From assembly GCF_009914755.1 (NCBI RefSeq), contig NC_060944.1: DNA of 64,000 nucleotides. One strand, given 5' to 3'. This stretch comes from the human T2T-CHM13v2.0 reference genome, Homo sapiens. The position numbers and the translations under genes were made by a program. How positions within the stretch are numbered: position 1 is the stretch's first letter; the number at the start of each line of letters is the position of its first letter. Below, piece after piece: positions 22,660 to 38,947 of the stretch. The notes below the pieces were generated by a model. The model was given only the letters and a program-made list of their open reading frames with translations. It ran no database searches and had not been told where the DNA came from.

Positions 22660-25470
22660 TAAAATCTTTTTAATTTTGATAAGTCCAAAAAATGTATATA
22701 TAGAGAATTTCGTGTCTTTTAGCATATTCACAAAGTTGTGTAATCATCACCACTTTTTTTTTCCCCCACATACCTGCTGTGTCAAAACCACTATCTAATT
22801 CCAGAACATTTTCATCATCTCAGGAAGAAACCCCATACCCACTAGCAGTCATTCCCATTTCTCCCTCCCTCCAGCCTCTGTCTTGGGCCTTGTCTCTATT
22901 TATCTATTCTGGACACATCATGTAAGTGGAATTATACAATATGTAACCTTTTTCCTGTCTTCTTTCACTTAACGTAATGTTTTCAAGGCTCATCCATGTA
23001 GCAGTATGTATCAGTACTTCATTCCTTTTTGTTTGTTTGTTTGAGATGGAGTCTCGCTGTGTCGCCCAGGCTGGAGTCCAGTGGCTCGATCTCGGCTCAC
23101 TGCAAGCTCTGCCTCCCGGTTTCATGCCCTTCTCCTGCCTCAGCCTCCTGAGTAGCTGGGACTTCATTCCCTTTTATGACTGAATAATATTCTGCTGTGT
23201 AGGAGTACCACATTTATTTATCTGCTCATTAATTGATAGGTGTTTAGGTTATTTCCACCTTTGGGCTGTTATACATGATGCTGCTGTGAATATTCATGTA
23301 TGAATTTGAATGGACATATGTTTTCACTTTTTGTTGGTGTATACATAGGAGTGGAGTGACTGGGTGATATGATAACTCTATGTTTAACTTTTTAAGGAAC
23401 TGCTAGACTTTTCTGAAGTGACTATGCCATTTTACATTAACACCAGGAGTGTATGAGGGTGCCGATTTTTCCACATCCTCACCAACTCTCGTTATTATTC
23501 ATCCATTTATTTATTTATTTATTTAGAGAAAGGGTCTCTCTCTGTCACCTAGGCTGGAGTGCAGTGGTACAATCACAGCCAACTACAACCTTGACCTCCC
23601 GCGCTCAAGTGATCCACCCACCTCAGCCTCCTGAGTGGCTGGGACTACAAGCACACACCACCATACCTTGCTAAATGTTTTAAGTTTTTTTTTTGGAGAG
23701 ATGGGGTCTCATTATGTTACCTAGACTCATCTTGAACTTCTGGACTTGAGTGATCCTCCTGCCTCTGCCTCCCAAAGTGTTGAGATTATAGGTGTGAGCC
23801 ACCGTACCCACCCTCACATTTATTATGGCCATCCTAGTGGGTATGAAGTGGTATCATTGTGGTTTTGATTTGCATTTCCCTGATGGCTAATGATTTTTAG
23901 CATCTTTTCACGTGCTTATTAGCAATTTATAAATCTTCCTTGAAGAAATATCTATTGCCCATGTTTAAATTTAGTTGTCTCTTTATATTCGAGTTATAAG
24001 AATTTTATCTTATAAGGGTATTCTTATATATGATTTGCAAATACTTTACTTTCTTCCATTTTGTGAGTTATCTTTCCTCTTTCTTGACTGTGCCTTTTGC
24101 GGTAAAAACTTTTTCATTTTGATAAAGTCCAATTCACCTATTTTTTCTTTTGTTGCTAGTGCTTTTGGTATCATATCTAAGAAACCATTGCCTAATCCAA
24201 GGTCACAAAGATTTACTCCTATGTCTTCTTCTAAGAGTTTTCTAGTTTTAGCTCTTACATCTAGATCTTCGATTTAATTTTTTATATGGTGTGAGGTAGG
24301 TGTCCAACTTTAATATTTTAAAATACTTATTTTTAAACTTTTTTATTTTGAAATAACTTTAGACCTACAGAAAAGTTTCAAAAATCATACATAGCTTCCT
24401 CTTTTAGCAGTTTTACCACCTTTCCCTGTTAGCAGCTTATGTAATCACAGTACATTTGTCAAAGTCAGGACATTAACATTGATATATTACTGTTAACTAA
24501 GCTGCAGACATCATTTGAATTTCACCAGTTTTTTTCCACTAACATCCTTTTTCTGTTCCAGAATCCAATCCAGGATCCCACTTTGCATTTAGTTGACCTT
24601 TTTTACCTCAAATATATTTCAGTTCCTTGGTCTTTATTTGTCTTTCATGCCCTTGACACTTTTGAAGAGTACATTTTGTAGAATGTCCCTTGAATTGGAT
24701 TTGTCTGATGTTTTCTCACCATGAGGTTATGCATTTTGGCAAGAATACCACAGAAGTGATGCTGTGCCCTTTTCAGTGGAACTCATCGGGGGTTTGTGAT
24801 GCTGATGTGTCTTATCACTGGTGACAGTACCTTGATTGACCATTAGATTAAGGTGGTGTCTGCCAGCTTTCTCCAGTGTAAATTAACTTTTTTTAAAAAT
24901 AATAAGTATCTTGTGGGCAGATAATCTGAGACTATGCAAATATCTTGTTCCCAACAAACTTTCACACAATGGTTCTAGCATTTTTTGATAATTCTTTTTT
25001 TTTTTTTTTTTTTTTTTTGAGACAGGGTCTCACTCTGCCGCCTAGGCTGGAGTGCAGTGGTACAATCATGGGTCACTGCAGCCTTGACCCTCTGGGCTCA
25101 AGTGATCCTGCCACCTCGGCCCCCTGAGTAGTTGGGACTACAGGCCCATGCCACCATGCCTGGCTAATTTTTGTATTTTTTGTAGAGATGAGGTTTAACC
25201 ACGTTGACCAGGCTGATCTCGAACTCCTGGGCTCAAGTGATTCTCTTGCCTTGACCTCCCAATGTGCTGGGATTACTGGCTTGAGCCACCGTGCCTGGCC
25301 TTTTTTAAGGATTCTTGCCTAAATCTATTATTATTACAATAATTGCAAAATGGTTACTCTCTGTCATTCCTTCTACATGTATTAGGTGGCATTCTTCTGT
25401 AGAGAAAGTTTTTCTCTTCCTGTCCCTCATTTAATTATTTAGTATCAGTTTGGCTCATTGCAGTCTATCA
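22660..25470. mobile_element. L1M 3' end fragments with inserted Alus (23028-23161, 23506-23812, 24995-25299)
   Basis: gtggtatcattgtggttttgatttgcatttccctgatg and similar L1 3' motifs. Confidence 0.75.
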
Positions 25471-25696
25471 TCTTGCCTAGAGGTTACCACACCTAGATTT
25501 TCCCAATAGGAAGCTGAGGCCCAGAGAAGAGGGCAAGGTCACGTAGTGCCAGTGCCTGTGTTGACTCCTGGTCTAGTGCTCCTTGCACTGTGTGACATGG
25601 CTTGGTACAAACATCAGGGTGGAGAAAAGGCAGGACTGGGCATCTAGATGAAGCCCCAGCCAGCCAGCCGGGAATCTGTGGCACTATGGTATCTGA

Positions 25697-25954
<258 letters not shown>

Positions 25955-26369
25955 TGATCCACACGCCTCGGCCTCCCAAAGTGCTAGGATTACACGCATA
26001 AGCCACCGTGCCCAACCAGCACACGGCCACTTCTCCAGTGGGTTTCCATCAGTTCTTGAAACCGTTCTTCCGAACCACTGTGCCTGGGGCACAGCCACAA
26101 GGGAGGTTTGGAGAAGGACCAGGCCCCAGATTTTCATGAGTAACTTAGGACAAAATTTGGAAACCGTAGATTTCTGGTTCCAGTGTCATTCCATTACCAC
26201 GTGCTTCACGTCACCACATCTGTGCACGGTGTGTGCACAGATGTCCATCTCTGGACATCTCTGAGCTCAGTGAAAGGCTGGGTCTGTCTGCCTGCCTTAA
26301 AGCCCCTCTGCACATGGTGTGACATTCAGGAGAAACACCAACCCAGCAGCCACAAGGAGAAGCAATTTA

Positions 26370-26802
<433 letters not shown>

Positions 26803-28069
26803 TTAAGACAGCATTGCATTAGGTGCGGGGCTCCTGAGTCAGGGACTCTTACAGGACACAGTGGGACTGGCTTGTCTCTGTGACATTGGGGGCATCAGCT
26901 GGGAAGAGTCCAGATCTGGAGGTCACCTGGTGGCAGGAGTTGTCTGAGGGCATCTGACTCACACGTGTGGCAGTCGATGCTAGCTGTCTGTGGGGATCTC
27001 ACTAGGGCAGACAGCCGAAGAAGGTTCTCATGGGTTCTCCTTGCGGCCTCACGGCCCCGCAGCCTCTGGATAAGGGATATAGTGTAGGAATCTTTTGGAA
27101 CTACAGTCTGCCCCTGCATCCTCCCCATTGGTCTTGTTCAGGGCCTCTTCCTTCATCATCCCAAGGTGATGGTGATGTCTCTTCATTTTTCTCCATTTCT
27201 GCCTCAGACCTCCTCCAGATGTCTTTTAAAACTCAGCCTACTTGTCTATATTAGAGAAAAGGGGTGGGGAGAAAGGGAGACAAACCAAACACCTTTTTTT
27301 TCTTTTTTTTGAGATGGGGTCTCACTCTGTCACACACGCTGGAGTGCAGTGGCATGATCTTGGCTCACCACAACCTCCACCCCCCTGCTCAAGTGATTCT
27401 CCCACCTGAGCCTCCTGAGTAGCTGGGACTACAGGTGCATGCCACCACTCCTGGCTAATTTTTTGTGTTTTTGGTAGAAATGGGGTTTCACCATGTTGGC
27501 CAGGCTGGTCTCAAACTCCCAAACTCAAACAATCCATCCACCTTGGCCTCCCAAAATACTGGGATTACAGGTGTGAGCCAGCACACCCAGCCCCAAACAC
27601 CTTTTAATAGGAAAATGGATATACTGTGGCGTGTTCACCCAATGGAATGGGAAATGGCAGTTAGAATAACTCGACCCCTATGTATCAAAAGGATCGATCT
27701 CCAGAACAAAAGTTTGGTGGGAAAAAAGCATGTTGTGAAAAGAAACAGACAGGAGGGGTTCTAACCACAGAGCTTGGACTCTGGAGCCTGAGGCCTGAGT
27801 TCAAATCCTGCTCTGCCACTTACTAACTGCATGAACTAGGTGAGTTTCTCTGTGTGCCTGCCTCCATTTTCTCATCTGTAAAATGGGTATAATAACAGAA
27901 CCTAACACTTCAGGTTGCACTGAGGATCCGTGAATGAATATTTGTGAAGTGTTTAGAGCAGTGCCTGGTACATGGTAAGCAATAAGTATTAGCGTTAGGT
28001 TTAAAATCATGACAAACAACGCCATGTGCCATGATGCATGGATACACACATATATACATGATGAAACTA

Positions 28070-28501
<432 letters not shown>

Positions 28502-29233
28502 TTACTTAAAAATAATTGTGAACAATCATGATAGTGTTTTATTTCCTGTGGCATCTTTTTCAAACACCTCCTCCCCGCACCCCAGCTCTGGCACCCAGAT
28601 TTGGTAGATTGGCCCGGTTTCCTCTCCCTGGCATGGTGGTGGAGAATGGGATCAGAATTTGGAGCCGGCAGAGCTGGGTGTGGGTCCTGCTGCTGCCATG
28701 TCCTCAGTGAGCAAGGCCATCTTGCCTTAGAGTTCTGGGGATGATCCAAGATCACCTTTGGGGGCTGCTCTGAGGATTTAGTGAGTGGAGAGTTTTGTGA
28801 ACTGGGAGGGGCTTGCAAAGGTTATCTCATTCCACTGCGGGCTGCACGCGTGGCAACTGGCAAGAACAAGTGAGGCTGAGTGGCTGTCACACCACAGAGA
28901 GTCATGGGGACTGTGGTTTGAGGAGGGCGTGCCCTGTCTGAAGGGGTGGCTGCTCCTCAGCCCAGCTAATAGGTGCCAGGAGGCACTCTGGGCTCAGTGA
29001 TAGCTCAAGGGAAGCCAACCACCTGGATTTTTGTGGGAACATTTCCCTGGCTTTTGCTCTGGTCTAACAAAGCACATGTAGGCCAGTGGCACCCATGGCC
29101 ACCTCCAAGAGACTCTAGAGGGACACAGTGCTGTGTACCCTTCCTCAAGCCCCCTCGGCAGCACCTCCCTGGGCCCTGCAGTGCCAAGGTCCTCAGACCA
29201 TGACCTTTATCCCCGCCCCCACCCCACCCCCAG

Positions 29234-29345
29234 CGAAGGGGAGTGGGATTTCTACTGGTGTGACGTCAGCTGGCTCCGGGAGAACTTCGACCACACCTAC
29301 ATGGATGAACATGTGCGGATCAGTCACTTCCGGAACCACTATGAG
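29234..29345 (+). CDS. TTLL9: TTLL9 exon 4 ([11 protein letters not shown]...ISHFRNHYE)
   Basis: ccccag|C...GAG|gtgagc; TTL-family WDFYW and SHF motifs; 112 nt. Confidence 0.95.
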
Positions 29346-29764
29346 GTGAGCTGGGCAGGCGGGAGGGACTGTGCCAACCAACTCATGTCACTGGGTGTGG
29401 CCATGAGCTGGAGCTGGTACAAGGATCAGAAAAGTGTATTAGAATGTGGGATGCAACGCCGAGTGGGAAGTCTGCGGGCTAGACCTATGGAGAGCCAAAT
29501 GGTTTCAGGGTATAGGGATCCAAGGCCTGAGGACTGGAGGTCACAGGCTGGTTGGAGTTTCAGCACCAAGATTTGAGGAGCAAGATGGTTTGAGGGTGCA
29601 GGGTCTGAAGGGAGAGGATGCATGAATGATTATGGTGATTTCAGGGTGGAGGCAAGTTGAGAAGTTTGGGGTCTAAAGATGGGAAGGAGGTCTAGAAGGG
29701 ACAGGACTGGAGGAGGCAGTGGTGGGAGATTTTTAAAGGTTAGTGTAGCTTAGCGGTTGAAAGC

Positions 29765-29795
<31 letters not shown>

Positions 29796-30379
29796 GAGAC
29801 AGAGTCTTGCTCTTGTCCCTCAGGCTGGAGTGCAATGGCATGATCTCGGCTCATTGCAACCTCTGCCTCCTGGGTTCAAGTGATTCTTCTGCCTCAGCCT
29901 CCCAAGTAGCTGAGTAGCTGAGATTACAGGTGCTCACCACCATGCCCGGCTAATTTTTGTATTTTTGTTAGAGATGGGGTTTCATCATGTTAGCCAGGAT
30001 GGTCTCGAACTCCTGACCTTGTGATCCGCCCACCTTGGCCTCCCAAAGTGCTAGGATTACAGGCGTGAGCCACTGCGCCCGGCCAAAAGCATGAATTTTG
30101 GAGTCAAGACAGGCCCTGGTCAAATCCTGGGGCAGTGCAGCACCTTCGTTGGATAGCTCTGAGCAATTGACTTAATCTTTCTAAGCCCCAGTTTCCTCAT
30201 CTGTGAAGTGGGGATAATTCTTGACTAGCAAGCTCTTTCTGGGTCAAAGTTACTCTTACTGTTGCTATTTTGTGGGCCAGAGCATGGAGGCTGCAGGGTG
30301 GCTGGTGGATGTGTGGGGCTGGGAGGGGAGCGGGGCTGTGAGCAGGAGCTAATGGCCGCCTGTCCTTCCCGCCACCCAG

Positions 30380-30565
30380 CTGACCCGGAAGAACTACATG
30401 GTGAAGAACCTGAAGCGGTTCCGGAAGCAGCTGGAGCGTGAGGCAGGAAAGCTGGAGGCAGCCAAGTGTGACTTCTTCCCCAAAACCTTTGAGATGCCTT
30501 GCGAGTACCACCTGTTTGTAGAGGAGTTTCGCAAAAACCCAGGAATCACCTGGATCATGAAGCCT
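30380..30565 (+). CDS. TTLL9: TTLL9 exon 5 ([10 protein letters not shown]...FFPKTF...WIMKP)
   Basis: cccag|CTG...CCT|gtgagt; LTRK, FFPKTF and WIxKP motifs; 186 nt. Confidence 0.96.
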
Positions 30566-31521
30566 GTGAGTGCCCAGTGCCAGGGGCTGGGTGGGAGGGA
30601 ATGAGTCCCAGGTGCCATAGCAGGGATCAGGTGCAGACACTGCCTGGGAATTCAGCCTTAGATGCTGTCTGCCTTCCCGAAGGGCCAGCTTTAGCTCCTC
30701 TTCTCTGCAGTGTGTGGACCCAGCAGCTATGACTGCCAGCATACAGTAGGTGCTCAATGAGTGTTTATTGAATGCACAAGTGATGTTTAGGACGCCAGGG
30801 CAGGGAATTTGGAACCTGTCTTCCTGACATGCCAAGTGCTTTACCTGCGTTACCCCAGTCCTCATAGTGACCCTCGGGGGAGGGATCAACAGCCCCATTT
30901 TAGCAATGAAGAACTTGAGGCTTGCTTATTCAAGCATTTCACAAATACTTACTGAGCATGTACCATGTGCCAGGCACAGACCTAGGTGCTGAAGACACAG
31001 CCCTCAGCAAGTCAGCCTGGGTCTGTGCCCTTTTTGCAGGCAGACAATAAGCAAACAAAGGAGACCTATGCAGTTGCAGTTGTGCTGTTATTAAGGAGAA
31101 TGGTGTCAGGAGAGGGATCCACAGGAGGCTCTTCCTGGCTGGGCAGGCTTCTCTGAAGAAGTGAGAGACTGGATTCTGAGGCCTACCCCCTTGTTCAAAT
31201 ACTACTGATACACTTACTAGCTGTGTGGCCTCAGGCAGCTTACGCACCTTCTCTGTGCTCCAGTTTTCCCATCTGCAAAGTGGGATTGTTATAATACCTA
31301 TCACCTAGTGTTAGGGGACTAAATGAGTTAACACAGGTAAAGCACATAGTAAGTACTCAATAAATGAGAATTGTTATAATAATCAGAATTAGTATTGAGC
31401 TGCAACCTGAAGGATGCATACAAGTCTGCCTGGAAAAAAGTAGAGATAGGGAAGAGCATCCTAGGCTGAGGGAACTGCATATGCAAAGGCTTGGTATCAG
31501 GAGGCAGCCTATTGGGGCTCA

Positions 31522-31883
<362 letters not shown>

Positions 31884-32469
31884 TCAGCCCTTTCTGGTGC
31901 CACAACTGTCACTCACCACAAAGCCACATGCCACCGTAGCCTTGAATGGCATCATCAAAGCCCTCTTATGTTTTCCAGGCCTGAGAATGTTCCAGGCCAG
32001 GGAGGGAGCAGGAGGGTGGAGGGAGCAGCCCTTTCCTGTGGAGCTGAAGACTGGTGTCTGGTGTTGGCTGATGCAGATTTAGCCAATAACACAGGTGCTT
32101 GGAGGGGAAACTGACATGGGGCTGACAAAAACAATGGATGCTCCCAACAGGCACGAAGCCAAGGTGTACCCAGGCCTCCCAGGTTCTTCCCCTGGCCCAT
32201 CCTGCATCTCTGGTGTCCAGGGAAGGCGCAGTGAGGAAGGCCGTGGCTGGAGCAGTAGGGATTAGGCTGATGAGCACGGAGTGCTGTGACCCACCAGGGC
32301 GGATTCCAGCTCCCAGCATTATCCTCTCAGACAAATGGTAATTTGTGCTAATTGGGAACAGCACTTGCATATTAAATTGATTCCATTCCCAGCCCACAGC
32401 CTTTGTTAGCAGCAGACACAACGGCAGCTACAGCTGTAATTTAGAGGAGGCATCTTGGCTCGGTGTGTC

Positions 32470-32510
<41 letters not shown>

Positions 32511-32869
32511 TCTTTCCCAAATTGCGAGGCACCCTGTCTCGGGTGGAGAGTGGGCGCTTCTGTGCTTCTAGTCATTTCTGGCATGGGTTCTAATTCTGTG
32601 TCCACTGCTTACAAGCTGTATGTCCCTGAGCAGGTCACTCGACCCCCTTAAGTCCCTCTGGGCTCATTTCTTCATCTGTAAAATGGAATTAATGAGTGTG
32701 TCTACCTTACAGGGTTGTGAGAGAATACAGTGAAGTTACACACGTTCGACACATGAATTTACAAATTATATCAAGGGCTTGGCATTAGGTGCCTGATAAT
32801 TGACCATTTTCATTGTTATTTCCGAGTCCAGGAAACACCGTCTCTTTGCTCTGTCCCTGGGAAAGCACT

Positions 32870-33173
32870 AGGTCAGTGTTTCTCAAACGCTACAGTGCCC
32901 GTGCAGCATCCAGGGACCTAGTGCAATGCAGAGCCTGATTCACAGGTCTGGGTGGGGCCTGGGAACCTGCATTTCTACCAGCTCCCAGGACATGCCAGTG
33001 CTGCTGGTCTGTGCATACACTTTGAGTATCGAGATTGTGGAGCAGCGGTTCTCAAACTTGAGGGTGCAGCAGAATCTCCTGAAGAGCTTGTTCAAGCATC
33101 CCACCCACCCCAGAGTATGATTCAGTCAGCCTGGTGGGGGCCTGAGAATTTGCATTTCTAGCAAGTTCCCAGG
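32870..33173. mobile_element. MER5-like hAT DNA transposon fragments (similar ones at about 61030-61170 and 62035-62190)
   Basis: cagtgtttctcaaac...ggtggggcctgggaacctgcatttcta. Confidence 0.7.
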
Positions 33174-33914
<741 letters not shown>

Positions 33915-35829
33915 CCAGGTTCTGAGGGTGCTACTGGTCTGAGTACCACAGTTTCTGAGAACCACTGGGTTTGAGTATTAGTTCCGGGACCTTATTTGGA
34001 TTCCTTTCAGGAGGAGAGAGTGTTAAAAACAGAACATTGCCCTAAATTTGGAGAATAGAGGGAGAAGAGTCCCCTGAATCCCTCCACTCTTCCCACAAGG
34101 CCTGTCTTTGTGACATGGTTGATCTTTGCCCACCCACAGGCAGAAGTTTTCGCATAGTTGGTGTGGCCCAGCCAGTCACAGGGCAGCCCTCGGGCATCTC
34201 CTCTGCATTGTTTTCCTGGTGTCTGCCGAGCCTTCATCTTCCTCATCAGTGGCAGCAGAGCAGCCCAGGACTCAGAAGGGAGCAGGCAGCATCATTCCGT
34301 CTACACCACCCTGTGGGGACCCTCTTCCTACCAGGCCAGAGCCCCAGCCCATCTTGGAGCTTTTAGGGGAATATAAGAACAGGCTCTTGGGTCTGGCATT
34401 TAAAAGTCCAGTGTAAACATTGCATCGCTCTTAGCTTTCTTCCCATGGAAGCATTCTCCCCTGCCAGCAGTTCAGGCCGTCAGGGTTGGTGGGGAGGTGG
34501 GCAGGACACTGACACAGGTCATGGGACAACTGTGGCTCCAGCCCGCCTCGTGGTGCGGGGAGGCGACTGCTTGGCTGTCACGGATGGGGCCTGTCAGTCT
34601 CTCTGTGTGCCCCCCAAGCTGCTCAGGGACAGGGCCTATCTATCTGCTCACCCTGCGTCCACCAAGCTGGTCTAACACTTCACACACGGCAGCGAGCGTT
34701 CTTGGCAACCAGGGGGCTGTTCTCAGCCTTGGGGGCCTATTTCCAAACTGCAAGGCAGGAAGAGCCACATTTTAACATTCCATCACACTAGTTTACCCCA
34801 ACCAGAACTTCTCAGAATTTTTCACTGAGACTTTCTAAGAGTCGGGATGCTTTACTCAGTAAATAATAGAAAATCCAAATAACAGTAGCTTAAACAAGAG
34901 GGCAAGACTTCTGTACTGTTTTTATGCCATGGGCCTCTTTGACATCTGGTGAAATGTGTGGACCCTATCACAGAATAGTGGTGTTTTTTTAACCACTTCA
35001 TTGAAACATAATTGGCGTACAACAAGCTGTGCGTATTTAATGTGGACAGCTTAATGAGTTTGGAGATAAGTATGTACCCATGAAAGAATTGTGGTTTTAA
35101 AAACATAAAATACAGTACATTCCATTATAAAAGAAGGCAACTATACTGAAAACCCGTTATCAAACTGTGTTAATCTGGGTTCCCCAAGAAACGGATGCCA
35201 AGACAAAATTAAACAGTTTGGCTGGTGAGAAAAAATGGGGAGGGAGCTAGCAGGTGAGGCTGGGAGAGAATCAGGCCTCCAAGGAAGCGAAGAAAGAAGA
35301 GAGGGAGGGAGGGAGGAAGGTTGGAAGTTTCTATTGCTGAGCAGCCTTTGAAAGTTCATCAAGGCCCCTGGGAGGCCTCAGCCAAAGTTGGCTGTCAGGA
35401 GTCCCCTGTCTCTCAGGAATGGCCGGTCTTCATATCCCCTGGGGCTTAGTCACTGACTGGGAGCAGCCCTAGCAAGACGCCCTGGCAAACACAGCTAGAC
35501 CTCAACTGGAAGCCGCTGGCACTCTCAGTCAGTTACTCTGTTGGAGGCCTGCAAGGTGCATTGTCATGGCCACCACACAAGCGATTACAAAATTATTTGT
35601 GCTATAGAAATATGTGCGCTTTTCATTAACAATTAAAGAGGATCTAACAGCAGGCCTCACAGCTACCACAATTTCAAAGTCAGGAGGAGCATAAACAATA
35701 TTTTGAGATATCTGCAACAATTGTAATGTGATGTCGAAATCACTGTGATCTCTTTAGATGGCAAAGTCACGGGCATGGCTAACACTCCTATGATTTGTTG
35801 CATTCCTAATAGAAAGGAATGTGAAAATC

Positions 35830-36121
35830 GGCCGGGCGCGGTGGCTCACGCCTGTAATCCCAGCACTTTGGGAGGCTGAGGCGGGCGGATCACGAGGTCA
35901 GGAGATCGAGACCATCCTGGCTGACATGGTGAAACCCTGTCTGTACTAAAAATAACAAAAAATTGGCAGAGCGTGGTGGCAGGCACCTGTAGTCTCAGCT
36001 ACTTGGGAGGCTGAGGCAGGAGAATGGCATGAATCCAGGAGGCTGAGCTTGCAGTAAGCCGAGATCCTGCCACTGTACTCCAGCCTGGGTGACAGAGCAA
36101 GACCCTGTCTCAAAGAAAAAA
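35830..36121 (+). mobile_element. Alu
   Basis: ggccgggcgcggtggctcacgcc start with poly-A end. Confidence 0.92.
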
Positions 36122-38374
36122 GCATAATATAAAAATATATCCCTCCCAAACCATCAAGTAATAGAGCTGCCCCCAGAACTAGCAGTGTTTATCCTGTGAT
36201 TTTGTGTATCCCCGGCACTTTTCAAGAGGTATATGAGCCCCAGGTTTGTGTAGCACAGATTTAACTATCTCAGATTTGTCACCTGTTGGCTGGGTGACCT
36301 TGGGCAATGTGTTTGGCCTGTCTGTTCGCTGGTTCTCTTGGCTGCAAAATGGGGATAACATTAATGTTTATGTCAAAGGGTGTGTGTTTTTTTTCAAGCT
36401 TTAATGAGGTAACGTGTATAAATCACGGTGTCTGGCACAGAGTAAACACCTGGTAAGTATTGGCTGCTGGTATTGCCATTGTTATGAACCATTCTACTAA
36501 AGCTCGTATTCCGGTTATCTATTTCAGAGTAGCAAACCACTCCCAAACATAGTGACTTGAAACAACAATAATGCCTTATTTAGTTCATGTGAGCCCCCAG
36601 CTTGGACAGTGCTTGACAAGGAAGGCTGCTCCAGCATCCACTGAGGGCTGGAGGATCCCCTTCCTAGCTGGCTCACTGGCTGGGCTAGCAAGTAGGTGCC
36701 AGCTGTTGGCTGGGAATTCAGCCAGAGTTGAGGGCTGGAAGACTCAGTTGCCTTCCAGGTGGGCCTCTCCCTGTGACCTGGGCTTCCTCACGGGATGGCT
36801 GCTGGGTTCTGAGGGCAACCATCCTGAAAGAGAGAGCCAGGCAGAAGCTATATTGCCTTTTATGACCTGGCATTGGAATTCACACATCACTTCTGCCATA
36901 GGCAATTAGTAGAGACACTTCCAGATTCAAGGGAGGGGACATTGATTTACCTTTTGACAGGGTTCTGGAGAACATATGGGACAGGAAATATTGTCGTGGT
37001 TGTTTTTGGAAACTGCCATCTGCTGGAACTAGGTATTAGGTGATTTCCATCTCATCAGCCCCGATGTAACACCATGCAGGCGGTTCATCTTTCATTCTTT
37101 AGGGTTAGTCCCTTAGGAAGGCACCTCCTGGAACAGTCATGTCAAGTTACTAACAATGGCCTGAACAATAAAGGCATTTTGTTATCTCACAGAACAAGAA
37201 GGCTGAGGGTAGGCATATCCAGGTTTGGGGATGTGCTAGATGATGCCACTAGAGGCCCAGGCTCCTTCTCTCCATCGACTCTGCATCCTGTGTGCTGGCT
37301 TTTTGTCATCAGACTTGTCACCTCATGGATGTGACATGGCTGCTGCAGTCACAGGCGTCATCTCCGCAGACTGTAGCATTCAAAGAAAGAAGGAAGGAGC
37401 CCGGGATATTTCTTCCCGATCCCCTTTCTCCCCAGCTCCTTCCCTAATATTTTTAACAAGGAGAAACATCTTTCCTGGAATCTCTGAGCAAATGTCTCCT
37501 TAGGTCTGATTGGCCAAAACTGGTCATGTGGTTTCCACCAACTGCAAGGGAAGCTGGGAAAACCTACATCTGGTCTTTCTAGCCTCCCTCATGAGAGGTG
37601 GGCTTTGCTAGCAAGGAAGAAGAGGAAGGAAAGTGGCCATAGGGAAGGCAGCCAACAGGGTTGGGGATAGGGGTTCCTAGACCAAAGCATATGAACCTGA
37701 AAAGATACCGTTTAATTGAAGTTTAATAAAATATAGAAAAGTAGCCAAATTATAGGGGCACAGTATGAATTTTCACAAAGTGAATCCACTCAAATAATCA
37801 GCACCCAGGTCATAAACAGAGCGTTCCCTACCCTCAGCAGCCCTCTCAGGCCCCTTTCCACTCACTCACAACCCCCCAAGGCACTAAACATCGTAGGTTT
37901 GCTTTGTCTGCTTTTGGACTTTATATAATTGGAATCTTATAGGATGACTACCTTGTGTCTGGTGTCTCTCCCTTGACATGTTTTGCAGTTCATTCTGCTG
38001 ATGTGGGTAATTGTACATTATTAACTGTCATCGTTGTATACTATTCCATTGATTAAATATTCATCCATTGGGGAGTCTCAGGGTGGAGCTATTATGATAG
38101 TGCTGCTGTGGGTGTCTGGGGCCATGTCCATGGTGACATGTGCAGACATTTCTGTCATGTAGGTCCCTAGGAGAGGAATTGCTGGGACATAGGATAGAGG
38201 ATGCCTATGTTCAGCTTTAGCAGATGCTGCCAGTTTCCAAACAACGTACTCTCACACCAGCAGTGTGTGCAAGTTCCAGTTTCTCCACATCCTCACCAAT
38301 ACTTGGTATTGTCTGTCTTTAATTTAACTATTCTCAGGTAGTATATAGTAGTATCATATTGTGATTTTCATTAG

Positions 38375-38947
38375 TGTAAGAATTAAAGAAAGAGGAGAGA
38401 AACACGAAAGGTGGCTCGCCCGTCAAGACAGGTTTATTTTAGAGAAAACAAACCTGAGAGGAACCTTCTGGCTGAGTTAGGTCAGAGCCACACTCTCTTA
38501 CAGACTAAGAGTTTTTAAGGATTCAGGGCGGGAGAGTTTATTAGAGGCTTGGACTGCTTCTGTGTCTCTTTATTGTGCTTATCTGGGAGGGAGAGTTGTG
38601 TGTCTGTTCCCATACATCTTTCTGCAGCTGCAGGCATATCCCCCGGGTTGCTTTTAGCTTTCCTATCTTAGTGCACCTGAAGGGAAAGGAATGTGCTTAT
38701 TAAGATCTACTGTTTTACTGGGGCCCATTGTATGAGGGCGAAGTTTGGCAGTTACCCAAGAGACTTTCCCCCCACCTCCCTCTGTGCCCGAGCTGTCTTA
38801 TCTGTGTTTTACTGTCTGCTCTTTCTGTCTGCTTGTAGTTAGAAGAGAAGTGATTTCCTTGAAATGCATGAGGCCAGAAAGGGAACTGGAACTTAAAGTG
38901 GCAGTGTTTGTCCGAGATGACGAGATGACGGTGCTCTTGTTCTGTCA
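38375..38947 (-). mobile_element. Solo ERV LTR (ERV1-class; subfamily uncertain)
   Basis: TG...CA termini with a perfect 5-bp TSD ATTAG (38370-38374 and 38948-38952); interrupts an old L1. Confidence 0.85.

Noticed and set aside
30197-30898. 233-aa minus-strand ORF
   Set aside because: Antisense shadow of exon 5 plus MIR/L2 sequence; no recognisable domain
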